DNA from: Cylindrospermopsis raciborskii Cr2010
GTDB lineage: Bacteria > Cyanobacteriota > Cyanobacteriia > Cyanobacteriales > Nostocaceae
DNA length: 32,000 nucleotides
Direction: 5' to 3'
Assembly: GCF_003367075.2 (NCBI RefSeq)
Contig: NZ_CP065936.1
Coordinates: 60,001-92,000 of the forward strand
The translations under genes and the position numbers were made by a program. Below, piece after piece: positions 8,877 to 17,660 of this stretch. Positions within the stretch are counted from its first letter, which is position 1. Every line of letters begins with the position of its first letter. Under the pieces are notes generated by a model. The model had not been told where the DNA came from. It saw only the letters and a list, made by a program, of their open reading frames with translations, and did no database searches.

Positions 8877-9797
8877 ATGTCAAATCAACGCATAATTAAA
8901 AGTATATATACCGATGGAGCTTGCAAGGGAAACCCAGGTCCTGGTGGTTGGGGTGTGGTTGTTTACTTTCATGATGGTTCAATTCATGAAATGGGGGAAG
9001 CATCTGACTACACTACAAACAATCAAATGGAAATCCAAGCTGCGATCGGGGCACTTCAATTATTAGCTCAATCCGGACAAGTTGAACCTATTACTCTATA
9101 TAGCGATAGCGAATATCTAATTAATAGTGTGACTAAATGGATACATGGATGGAAAAAAAAGGGTTGGAAAAAATCAGATGGCACTCCGGTGCAAAACCAA
9201 GAGCTACTAAAAATTATAGACAAGCTGAACACCAAGCTAGTCAGGTGGCAACATGTACGTGGACATGCGGGTGATATAGGTAATGAAAGATGCGATGTTA
9301 TTGCCCGTTCTTTTGCGAGTGGCAAAATTCCCCCTTTGCAACAATTATCCCCCCAACAGTTGCTAACTAATTGTCAAGAAACCTTAACCCAAATAACTCA
9401 AAGAGATGTAACAAAAGTATCTGATTATCCAACAAAATCAACAAAAATTGCTCAAAATATGTTGGAAGGTAGAACTTGTTTATTGGAAGAAAGAACTATG
9501 GAAACATCTACAGGAATATCTGTGGTGACACAGGAAGAAAAACCCCCGGAAATGAGAATATTACAAATCCGTAATCTCATGGAAACCCTAAAGATTGCGG
9601 ACGAAATTGCCCAGAAAGGTTACTTAATCACCAGTTCCGAACTAGCAGATTTAATGGATGTTCATGCCAGTGCAGTGACAAGTCGCGGTGATCAGTGGAG
9701 ATGGCGTAACTGGATAGTGTCACGAGTCAGACGAGAAGGGAATCAGATTTTGTGGGAGCTGGAAAGGGGCGATCAAGTGGAAAAGGATGATAATTAA
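8877..9797 (+). CDS. rnhA: Ribonuclease HI with a C-terminal extension of roughly 150 aa
   Basis: IYTDGACKGNPGPGGWG, MEIQAAIGALQLL, LYSDSEYLI, VRGHAGDIGNERCDVIARSF. The distal part (ILQIRNLMETLKIADEIAQKGYLITSSELADLMDVHASAVTSRGDQWRWRNWIVSRV) looks like a separate helical domain. Confidence 0.93.
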   Translation: MSNQRIIKSIYTDGACKGNPGPGGWGVVVYFHDGSIHEMGEASDYTTNNQMEIQAAIGALQLLAQSGQVEPITLYSDSEYLINSVTKWIHGWKKKGWKKSDGTPVQNQELLKIIDKLNTKLVRWQHVRGHAGDIGNERCDVIARSFASGKIPPLQQLSPQQLLTNCQETLTQITQRDVTKVSDYPTKSTKIAQNMLEGRTCLLEERTMETSTGISVVTQEEKPPEMRILQIRNLMETLKIADEIAQKGYLITSSELADLMDVHASAVTSRGDQWRWRNWIVSRVRREGNQILWELERGDQVEKDDN

Positions 9798-9807
9798 TTA
9801 ACACTAA

Positions 9808-10986
9808 TCAATACTTTCTACCACGCCACTCTTTAGGAGTGCGAAGTGCTGATAAAAAGATGCGTATAACTGCTAGAGGGTCAGAGAAAGGGGAAAGCCA
9901 AAATAACCAACCACCATAAGCATTTGTTCGGTCATAGGAAGGAGAAATTGCCAGCAGTAGAGCAAAGCGGATGCTCAATAAAAAAACATTTAACGCCAAT
10001 AAAAGGGAACCAGGGAGATAGGGGGATGGGGAAACCAGCAAGAATGCTAAAATCACCGGTAGGGGTAAACCTTGAACACAGAACAATAACCACAGATCCC
10101 CCCAAACTTGACCAGGTGGGGAAGCATCCTTTAAATCCAAACTACGACCCCATTCTTTCCAGGTTTCCATGGCGCCCTCATACATTCGCACTTGAAAAAC
10201 CCTAGCTCCATCTAAAAAACCCACTTTAAACCCCGCAGCAGCAATATTGCGAGCCAAAGTAACATCATCACAAAAGGAACTCCTGGCACTAGTATAACCA
10301 TTCATAGTGGCCAAAACTGAGCGTCGACATAGGAAACACTGCCCATTGGCCATTACCCTTTCAGGCTGGGATGTACGAGTACCAGCCGGATCAAATCTGT
10401 ATAACAGTGTTAATAACAGGGAGGGTTGCAACCAACATTCACCCGGATACTTAAGGATAAACTGAGGAGACAGGGAAACCAAATCATAGCCTTCAGCTTC
10501 AGCAGTTCTAACTAGACTAGCTACTAGCCCAGGATGGGGTTGAATATCCGCATCCATTCCCAAAAACCACTTACTCTCCTCACAGCTAAACAAAAAGCCA
10601 TTATGTAAGGCCCAAGGACGACCTACCCAACCAGTAGGTAGGGGGTCATCTGTCATAACCCGAAATCGAGGATCTTTTTGTTGTACTGCTTTAACTAAAT
10701 CCGGAGTGCCATCCTTGGATCTGCTATCAACAACAATTACTTCCCTAACCTCGTAGCTTTGTCGAGTCAGACCGCTTAGTAAAGGAGTGATGCGTAGGGC
10801 TTCATTTAAAGTCGGCACAATCACACTTACACTGCCTAACATATCAGGGGTGGGTTGTTGTGGTTCTATGGGTGGGTGTCTTGTTGGTCCTTTCAGCAAC
10901 CGTGAGATTAAAATTAGCACTGCTGGAACCTGAAACACTAGCAATATTAGGGGTAATTCTAGGGAAATACTGGCTTCTCTAATCAA
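9808..10986 (-). CDS. cruG: Family-2 glycosyltransferase, probable CruG (2'-O-glycosyltransferase of myxoxanthophyll synthesis)
   Basis: VSVIVPTLNEALRITPLLSGL..., MDADIQPHPGLVASL, C-terminal TM segments, and gene order next to the CruF-like gene. Confidence 0.8.
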   Translation of the reverse strand: MIREASISLELPLILLVFQVPAVLILISRLLKGPTRHPPIEPQQPTPDMLGSVSVIVPTLNEALRITPLLSGLTRQSYEVREVIVVDSRSKDGTPDLVKAVQQKDPRFRVMTDDPLPTGWVGRPWALHNGFLFSCEESKWFLGMDADIQPHPGLVASLVRTAEAEGYDLVSLSPQFILKYPGECWLQPSLLLTLLYRFDPAGTRTSQPERVMANGQCFLCRRSVLATMNGYTSARSSFCDDVTLARNIAAAGFKVGFLDGARVFQVRMYEGAMETWKEWGRSLDLKDASPPGQVWGDLWLLFCVQGLPLPVILAFLLVSPSPYLPGSLLLALNVFLLSIRFALLLAISPSYDRTNAYGGWLFWLSPFSDPLAVIRIFLSALRTPKEWRGRKY

Positions 10987-11084
10987 GATCTTTATACCGT
11001 TACTTCTATTAACTTTCTCTAAAGAGATTTATGACGCAGTGCTGAGTGAAAAATCTGATCTTTTATTCACCCAGCACTGGAGGA

Positions 11085-12044
11085 TTATTTTAAAACAACA
11101 TTAACATTATTAACATTGCTCATCACCGACTGATTTCCTGACTCTAGTCCTGCAGAAATGGATTTACTAGGCGCTTTTGACCATAATAGGATAGCAGGTG
11201 CAACTCCTAGGAATAGACCCAAAATTATAGGAATAGGGAACCCAGCAGCTAAACTCATAACAGTAGCAAAACCAAAGTTGGCTAGATACACTATTAGGGC
11301 TACGTTTAATTGGGATCTTTCCAAATTAATTGGGTTATTTCTCCATAATAAGGCTGATACTGTCATAAACAAAGAACCGGTGCCAAACCAACCAGCAAAA
11401 TTTTGATAAGGCATGCCAAAGAAAGAACCTGGTTGATGCCAATACCAAAATGGTAAGGACGTCTGACTCATTGCTGGATCCAACACAAAATCCCAAGAGG
11501 TGAGCAATAAAGCTCCCAATGCGATCGCACCTAAATGACGCAGTAAAGTAGGTTTTCTATCTACATCGAAACCAGTACGTCCTAACAAGTATGATACAAT
11601 TCCCACATAAAACCAAGATAAAGGAATAGTGAAAGGTACGAGACCTGCAATTTTATAACCCAAACCACTTAAATAGCTATAGTGACCAAAAGGAAAACCT
11701 GTACTGGTTCCCAATAACTCACTAGTCAAAGAAATAGATAAAGATGGAATCAAGAAATATAGGGATCTTGCCAAACCTAAGTTTCGGACAGCATAGAGGA
11801 AAACACCTACAGCACCTAAAATCATGTAAGCAACACCACCACCAGCCATACTCCACTGCATGGCTGTTTGTCCTACTTCTGATAAATTTAGTACCTCTTC
11901 AAAAATTAACTCAGCATTGGGAATTACCAGTAGTATTCCCACGAGCCCGAAAACCATAGAAACGATATGACCAATCAGGCATACGCGCTCAAAAATCACT
12001 AGTTGTCTCATGATTAGTCCCTGACCTTTCTTGAAAGATGACAC
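11085..12044 (-). CDS. cruF: Probable carotenoid (gamma-carotene) 1'-hydroxylase/hydratase CruF
   Basis: Multi-TM protein with ELLGTSTGFPFGHYSY, WDFVLDPAMSQ, FWYW, PYQNFAGWFGTG, typical of the CruF/CrtC-like membrane family. The start may be the internal Met at 12011. Confidence 0.85.
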   Translation of the reverse strand: MSSFKKGQGLIMRQLVIFERVCLIGHIVSMVFGLVGILLVIPNAELIFEEVLNLSEVGQTAMQWSMAGGGVAYMILGAVGVFLYAVRNLGLARSLYFLIPSLSISLTSELLGTSTGFPFGHYSYLSGLGYKIAGLVPFTIPLSWFYVGIVSYLLGRTGFDVDRKPTLLRHLGAIALGALLLTSWDFVLDPAMSQTSLPFWYWHQPGSFFGMPYQNFAGWFGTGSLFMTVSALLWRNNPINLERSQLNVALIVYLANFGFATVMSLAAGFPIPIILGLFLGVAPAILLWSKAPSKSISAGLESGNQSVMSNVNNVNVVLK

Positions 12045-12214
12045 TTGGTTACACTAATTTACAAATCTTTAATATCTTAACCCAACTAAATTTCCAGGGT
12101 TAGAAAGTCCATCAAAAAGTTAAAAGTTAGTTAATCTTATAGCATATACGGTAAAAATGGGAAGTATAAGTAAGTATAAACGTCCGTGGACTCAAATAAC
12201 CATCTCCCCCTAAT

Positions 12215-12640
12215 ATGTCAATATTGCAAAAAGTTCCTTGGTTGTCTCTAATTTTGGTATTTCTTAGCTACATCGCCCTGGGTTGGCTAGTATCGGAGAC
12301 TAACCCCCCCCTATTTTTCTGGTTTATACTTGGGGTTGGACTATTGCTCTTGTTAAACAGCTTAACTACTCCACTGTCAGAAATAGTCAGTTTTTACACT
12401 ATATTGTTCGAATCAAATCTCAAGAGTTTTGCAGTGACAATTTTAGCGGCTTTTTTGTTTTTCCTGATGATTGCTTGGTTTAGAGTATTTCTAGATGCTT
12501 TACTAATTATTTCCTCAACCATACTAGCTAAGATAGACTTTCAGTCCCAAGGATTGAAACCAGGCCTAACTTTTTGGTTGATCTCCCTATTTTCCTTTTC
12601 AGGCTTAGGATTAGGCGCTTTGTGGAAGACCTTTGTTTAA
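12215..12640 (+). CDS. Hypothetical membrane protein
   Basis: 141 aa, about four predicted TM segments. Confidence 0.65.
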   Translation: MSILQKVPWLSLILVFLSYIALGWLVSETNPPLFFWFILGVGLLLLLNSLTTPLSEIVSFYTILFESNLKSFAVTILAAFLFFLMIAWFRVFLDALLIISSTILAKIDFQSQGLKPGLTFWLISLFSFSGLGLGALWKTFV

Positions 12641-12712
12641 GAACACTAGAATTAAAGCAAGTGCAAGGGGGCTTAATTTTTACCCATTTCCCCCTATTCC
12701 ACCCACGGATAA

Positions 12713-12991
12713 CTAGCTGGCTACCGCTTCCTCAGTAACACGGGGATAAACACTAACCTTTTTGCGACTTTTGCCCTTTCTTTCAAAAGTGACCACACCA
12801 TCAATTAAAGCAAACAAGGTGTCATCATTGCCAATGCCAACATTATTACCAGGATGGAACTTGGTGCCACGCTGGCGTACTAGGATGTTTCCTGCACGTA
12901 CAACCTGTCCACCAAAACGCTTTACACCCAGGCGTTGAGCATTAGAATCGCGACCATTTCGTGTACTTCCTGTACCTTTCTTATGAGCCAT
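12713..12991 (-). CDS. rpmA: 50S ribosomal protein L27
   Basis: [48 protein letters not shown]. Confidence 0.99.
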   Translation of the reverse strand: MAHKKGTGSTRNGRDSNAQRLGVKRFGGQVVRAGNILVRQRGTKFHPGNNVGIGNDDTLFALIDGVVTFERKGKSRKKVSVYPRVTEEAVAS

Positions 12992-13040
12992 ATTTTCCTC
13001 TCAAACTTGTCAAATTAAATTCAAATTAAGGTTAAACTTA

Positions 13041-13442
13041 TCATTCACCTTGCAAATCAAGACCTGGGTCTTCCAGTGGAAGGAGTTCAGGAGAAAGGGG
13101 AGAGTCTTGATGGGCAAGAGTTTCGCCATTAAGCTTAATAGAGTTAATCAAAAGCCTAGTAATTTCCTGACGGTGCCCACGTTTTTTGCGAGTTTTCTTC
13201 TTGGGTTTCATCTTGTAAACCAAGACCTTACGACCTCGGAAATGCCGTAAGACAGTTGCTTCTACCGTTGCACCAGAGACTCTTGGTTGCCCTATGGACA
13301 GTCCATTCTCATGTTGCACAAGTAACACTGCGTCTATAGTTACTTTTTCATCTGGTTGAGCGTGGAGTAGTTCAATATCGTAGAAACGACCTGCTTCTAC
13401 TTTTAACTGTTTGCCACCGGTTTCAATAATTGCGTAAGTCAT
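13041..13442 (-). CDS. rplU: 50S ribosomal protein L21
   Basis: [22 protein letters not shown]...[23 protein letters not shown], with an acidic C-terminal extension. Confidence 0.98.
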   Translation of the reverse strand: MTYAIIETGGKQLKVEAGRFYDIELLHAQPDEKVTIDAVLLVQHENGLSIGQPRVSGATVEATVLRHFRGRKVLVYKMKPKKKTRKKRGHRQEITRLLINSIKLNGETLAHQDSPLSPELLPLEDPGLDLQGE

Positions 13443-13521
13443 GGGATTGTCCTTAAATTTGCCGTACAGGTAGCTGGCATTGATCTATAAAGATCTTCTG
13501 TCTATAGCTGTAGTATGCTTT

Positions 13522-13758
13522 TTACCAGCCTTTGGTGTCTACCTGATCCGAGCGAGAATGAGAGAGACGATTGGCACTGATTCCACTTGACGTGGTTTTG
13601 GTATATACTCCCAAATTAGTGCACAACCAACCATAATAAACCGTTCCACCGTGTTTGTCAAGGTGAATTTGCAACTTGGGCTTGACTTCGTCTAATGTAA
13701 GAAGCCAACTGCGTGTGGCAATTTTCGAATGAACCAAAATACATTCCCTCATCATCAT
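13522..13758 (-). CDS. Small ORF of uncertain status upstream of rplU, divergent from pcxA
   Basis: 78-aa ORF in an otherwise empty 314-bp interval; overlaps the pcxA start by 2 bp. No family recognised. Confidence 0.25.
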   Translation of the reverse strand: MMMRECILVHSKIATRSWLLTLDEVKPKLQIHLDKHGGTVYYGWLCTNLGVYTKTTSSGISANRLSHSRSDQVDTKGW

Positions 13759-15028
13759 GAATACTAAGGATCCCTATCAAAGAATCACAACCTATTGGAT
13801 TGGGTTGAAAAGCTGGATTATTAACACTCCCCACAGAGCTGTTTTAGCGGCTTATCGAGCTGCTTGGGAGATTAGAAATATTGAAATTCAACAGTTTAAC
13901 GGGCAAAAAATTTCCCCTCAGTCTGCAAACTATAGTGGTAATCTCATGGAATTTTGGCAAGGGGACCTGAATAGAAATTTAACTACCATTAAAATTCGAC
14001 TGGCAGAATTTAATTTAGGCATGACTTTTACCGATAGATCTACCGATACCAACAATCAATATGTTTATGATAATGATCTCTTAGAAAAACTTAAATTTAT
14101 TGATGAAGTTATCGGCAATTATACTCAAAAGCGTAATGATAGTAAATACATGGAAATTACACAACCATTAAAAACCAGTGATAAAGAAGTTCAATTCAAT
14201 AATAAATCAACAGATGTAGACTCCAATGATAATCAAAAAAAAGGAGTATTTCCCGGGTCAATTGCCAGAACTTTGAGTAAAATTGCTAAGGACTTCACCC
14301 CAACAGCAGAGAGTGATTTCATCAACAACTACCGCATTTCTAGAAATAAAACTAGGATAGGAATTAGATTCCTCCTATTAATAATAATTATCCCATTAAT
14401 AGTACAAAATTTTTCTAAAAACTTATTATTTACACCTCTATTTACTCAGTGGATGAGTCAAGATAATCAAAGAGTGTTTTTAAACCGAGAAATGGAGGAA
14501 AAAGCACTGAATGAACTGAAAACCTTCGAGAGAAAATTGCAGTTCCAAAATTTATTACATACGGCACCCCCTTTATCTGTTGAAGAAATAGAACTAGAGG
14601 TAAAAGATAAAGCATTGGATCTAGCAGAGGAATTTCGTCGTGATAGTAGTCTGGCTATAGGTAATATATTTGCCGATGTCATATCATTAATCTCCTTTGC
14701 CATTATTATTGGTTGGAGAAAAAAAGATATAGAGGTAGTTCAGTCATTGTTAGATAAAATAGCCTATGGGTTAAGTGATAGTGCCAAAGCTTTTCTAATT
14801 ATTTTAATAACGGATATATTTGTAGGTTTCCACTCTCCCCATGGTTGGGAAATTATTTTAGAAAGTCTAGCAGAACACTTGGGATTACCCGCAAATAGAA
14901 ATGTCATATTCCTTTTTATTGCTACTTTCCCCGTAATTTTAAACACCATCTTCAAATATTGGATTTTCCGTTATTTGAGTCGGTTATCCCCCTCCGCTTT
15001 AGCCACCTTAAAGGAAATGGATGAATAA
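13757..15028 (+). CDS. pcxA: Proton extrusion protein PcxA (CemA/CotA homologue)
   Basis: C-terminal DIFVGFHSPHGWEIILESLAEHLGLPANRNVIFLFIATFPVILNTIFKYWIFRYLSRLSPSALATLKEM is the PcxA/CemA signature. Confidence 0.95.
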   Translation: MNTKDPYQRITTYWIGLKSWIINTPHRAVLAAYRAAWEIRNIEIQQFNGQKISPQSANYSGNLMEFWQGDLNRNLTTIKIRLAEFNLGMTFTDRSTDTNNQYVYDNDLLEKLKFIDEVIGNYTQKRNDSKYMEITQPLKTSDKEVQFNNKSTDVDSNDNQKKGVFPGSIARTLSKIAKDFTPTAESDFINNYRISRNKTRIGIRFLLLIIIIPLIVQNFSKNLLFTPLFTQWMSQDNQRVFLNREMEEKALNELKTFERKLQFQNLLHTAPPLSVEEIELEVKDKALDLAEEFRRDSSLAIGNIFADVISLISFAIIIGWRKKDIEVVQSLLDKIAYGLSDSAKAFLIILITDIFVGFHSPHGWEIILESLAEHLGLPANRNVIFLFIATFPVILNTIFKYWIFRYLSRLSPSALATLKEMDE

Positions 15029-15093
15029 TAGACAAAATCTACAATTTCTGAAATAATTCTTTTTACAAAGTCTAAAAAGTCTAAACACAGCTT

Positions 15094-16284
15094 ATGATTA
15101 ACATGCGATTGGGTCTCAAAGTTCAAATTTTAGCGGGTATGATCACCTTTCTATCAGTTATCGGTGTAAATCAATATCAATTTCTACACGCAACCAATAA
15201 GCCCTTACATACACAGCCAAGAATTGAGCAACCCCAGGATTCATCTGTCTTTTATTCGGTGATTGATGAATGGCAAAAATATAAATATAGTCTGAATGGG
15301 AAGTCTATTTTAGAACCCATGAAATTACCAAATACAAAAGTGAGTTTTAATGCCAACGATTTATTGTTTGTACTGACAAATACCAGGAAATATTTTCAAG
15401 ATTATTCTCAAAAGGATCAAAATATTTCTCGAAATGGATTATTAGTAAGTCAAGGCGTTAAGGTAGAAGATGTGCTAAAAACCCTAGATTTTATGATTAG
15501 CACCTTACGGGAAGATCTGAAGAAAAACCGACCTCCCCGACTGCAAGATCCTAATTTTATTAATGCCAATTTTCGGGTAATTAAATGGAAAGCTTATAAT
15601 CCAGATAAACCAGAACAAAAACAACTGAGAATTACAAAGTATGCGGTTTTCACTCATCCTGGTTCTCATATCAAAACAAGTACATACAACATACCAATTT
15701 ATAGCTTAAAAGACAATTTAGCCACCGATAAATTTTACACTAAATACACCAAGCAGGACGTACTATCTGGAATTTATGAACCAGGTGGAAAGGAATTTGG
15801 CAAAGTAGAAACTCTAGCATATTTGACTCGTCAAGGACTGGAGGAAGCATTAATGCAGGGGACAATATTAATTAATTTTACCGATGGTTCTAAGGGATTT
15901 TTTAACGTAGACAGAAATAATGGCATATCCTACATAAGAGGAGTCAAGGACACACTACAAAAGCGTTATTGGTATTTCAGACCAGTTGACCAAATCAAAG
16001 GTTATGGATATAAAATAGACGCGAAAATTTCCATTAAACCAGGTGTCACTTTTGCTGGAGACGTGCTGAATATTGGTTTAGGAAGAGTGGTATTAATTGA
16101 ATATAACCAGGGAAAAAATAAACGTCTACAAATGGGAGTGGTAGCGGACACGGGTGGAGCATTCTTACCCAACCTACATCAGTTAGACTACCTAGCGGGT
16201 GTTTTTAAAAATCAAACGGAATTTAGGCAGTATATTAGACAACTACCAGAATATGCCAGTGCCTATATTCTGGTGAAAAAGTGA
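15094..16284 (+). CDS. Putative secreted or anchored cell-wall protein with MltA/3D-like double-psi barrel domain
   Basis: N-terminal hydrophobic anchor and a late region QMGVVADTGGAFLPNLHQLDYLAGVF resembling the 3D/MltA ADTGGA motif. Confidence 0.65.
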   Translation: MINMRLGLKVQILAGMITFLSVIGVNQYQFLHATNKPLHTQPRIEQPQDSSVFYSVIDEWQKYKYSLNGKSILEPMKLPNTKVSFNANDLLFVLTNTRKYFQDYSQKDQNISRNGLLVSQGVKVEDVLKTLDFMISTLREDLKKNRPPRLQDPNFINANFRVIKWKAYNPDKPEQKQLRITKYAVFTHPGSHIKTSTYNIPIYSLKDNLATDKFYTKYTKQDVLSGIYEPGGKEFGKVETLAYLTRQGLEEALMQGTILINFTDGSKGFFNVDRNNGISYIRGVKDTLQKRYWYFRPVDQIKGYGYKIDAKISIKPGVTFAGDVLNIGLGRVVLIEYNQGKNKRLQMGVVADTGGAFLPNLHQLDYLAGVFKNQTEFRQYIRQLPEYASAYILVKK

Positions 16285-16310
16285 AAAAAAGCAAAATTAA
16301 TAAATGCAGT

Positions 16311-16697
16311 TTATTCTTCCGGTGATTTAGCTGTTATTTCAACTGTTGTCACATCCACTGCTGTGACATCAATTGTACCTTCTGGTGTTAAACGGCTAAA
16401 TCTACCATTTTTCACTGATAGTTGCTCACCACAATTGGGACATTGGAGTTGGGTATTATTTAAACCGGTTGATTCAAATGCACAAACTGGACATTTATCA
16501 GTCACTAAATTCCCTTGCAACCACCAGCGAAAACCAAAAAATGCCACAAATGGTATAATCAGGAACAGAGTGAAAATAACTATTAAAGAGTTTACCAACC
16601 AACCTAGACCCAAAGATGCTAACAACCAGGTTACTGCTAATAAGGTTAACCAGGGACGGAACCTATCAAGATTTTGTTGTAAGTTATTAGAATTCAT
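16311..16697 (-). CDS. Membrane protein with cytosolic zinc ribbon
   Basis: Two predicted TM segments, then CPVC...CPNC. Confidence 0.75.
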   Translation of the reverse strand: MNSNNLQQNLDRFRPWLTLLAVTWLLASLGLGWLVNSLIVIFTLFLIIPFVAFFGFRWWLQGNLVTDKCPVCAFESTGLNNTQLQCPNCGEQLSVKNGRFSRLTPEGTIDVTAVDVTTVEITAKSPEE

Positions 16698-16827
16698 TCG
16701 TTTAATTTTTTATACTCTATTCCTATTCTACCATTTTTATTGATCGAGCAACCCGACAGGAGCCAAAACGCATGCACTCAATTTTATTCATCTACTCTGT
16801 TTATCGCGTTTTGGCACAAACTATATT

Positions 16828-17649
16828 TTAGAGGATTTTTACAATCTCTCTTACATTATCTATCTGTTCTTCACTGAACCCAGCTTGTTTAAGGTTAATT
16901 AAAAATTTAGATTGTCCATAACGAGAGTCCAACTGTACTGCTTGGTTATAAGTTTGTCGTGCTTGTGTTTTCATCCCTTGTCCCCAATAAACCAATGCCA
17001 AAGCAACCCAAGGATGGGGATTGGTGGGTTCTAAAATTGTGGCTTGTTTACCCCGTGCTATTGCTAAATCATACTTCTTTAGACGTTGATAAGCGAGAGT
17101 TAGATTATAATAGGCGATTTCATTATTTGCCCTTATTTCTTTTGCACGCTCATGAGTTATTACTGCTTTGTCTAAATCTCCACTCACTAGATAAACTATT
17201 CCCAAAGCATTTAATGCAGGAATATAATTAGCATCTTTCTCTAATACTTGCTCTAATACCTTCATAGCAGATGCTTCTCTACCACCAAGGTGTAAAGTCC
17301 AACCCAATAAAACCTGTCCAGAAAGATTTTCTGGTTCCACAGAGGTGGCCTCTTCTAAGGAGATAATAGCATCTGTATAACGCCCTTGCTGGCGATATCT
17401 CAGTCCTAATTGTCGCAACTTAGCCGCAGCAGTTTTAGACTTACTAGAACTAGTGAAAGTGGGGGAAGGCGTAAAAATAGGGGAAGTTGAGGAATAGTCC
17501 ATATTATTGGGTAATACATTTTTGCTGCATCCCATAATATTACCCACAGCCGTCAAACTTATCATACATATTATACTAGTAATAGCACTATGAATATTTC
17601 TATTGTTAGTGTTACTAATACTTTTAATTTTACCAACCATATTTGCCAT
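16828..17649 (-). CDS. Tetratricopeptide-repeat protein, probably lipoprotein or secreted
   Basis: Repeated TPR signatures: AAAKLRQLGLRYRQQGRYTDAIISLEEATSVEPEN, YIPALNALGIVYLVSGDLDKAVITHERAKEI, AYYNLTLAYQRLKKYDLAIARGKQATILEPTNP. An N-terminal hydrophobic stretch ends in GC. Confidence 0.9.
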   Translation of the reverse strand: MANMVGKIKSISNTNNRNIHSAITSIICMISLTAVGNIMGCSKNVLPNNMDYSSTSPIFTPSPTFTSSSKSKTAAAKLRQLGLRYRQQGRYTDAIISLEEATSVEPENLSGQVLLGWTLHLGGREASAMKVLEQVLEKDANYIPALNALGIVYLVSGDLDKAVITHERAKEIRANNEIAYYNLTLAYQRLKKYDLAIARGKQATILEPTNPHPWVALALVYWGQGMKTQARQTYNQAVQLDSRYGQSKFLINLKQAGFSEEQIDNVREIVKIL

Positions 17650-17660
17650 TGATTGAGTCT

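Noticed and set aside
9068-10205. ORFs 9068-9325 (-) and 9924-10205 (+)
   Set aside because: Antisense to RNase HI and to cruG respectively; low-complexity translations.
11158-11959. ORFs 11158-11406 (+) and 11744-11959 (+)
   Set aside because: Antisense to cruF, no family resemblance.
14467-14955. ORFs 14467-14703 (-) and 14764-14955 (-)
   Set aside because: Antisense to pcxA.
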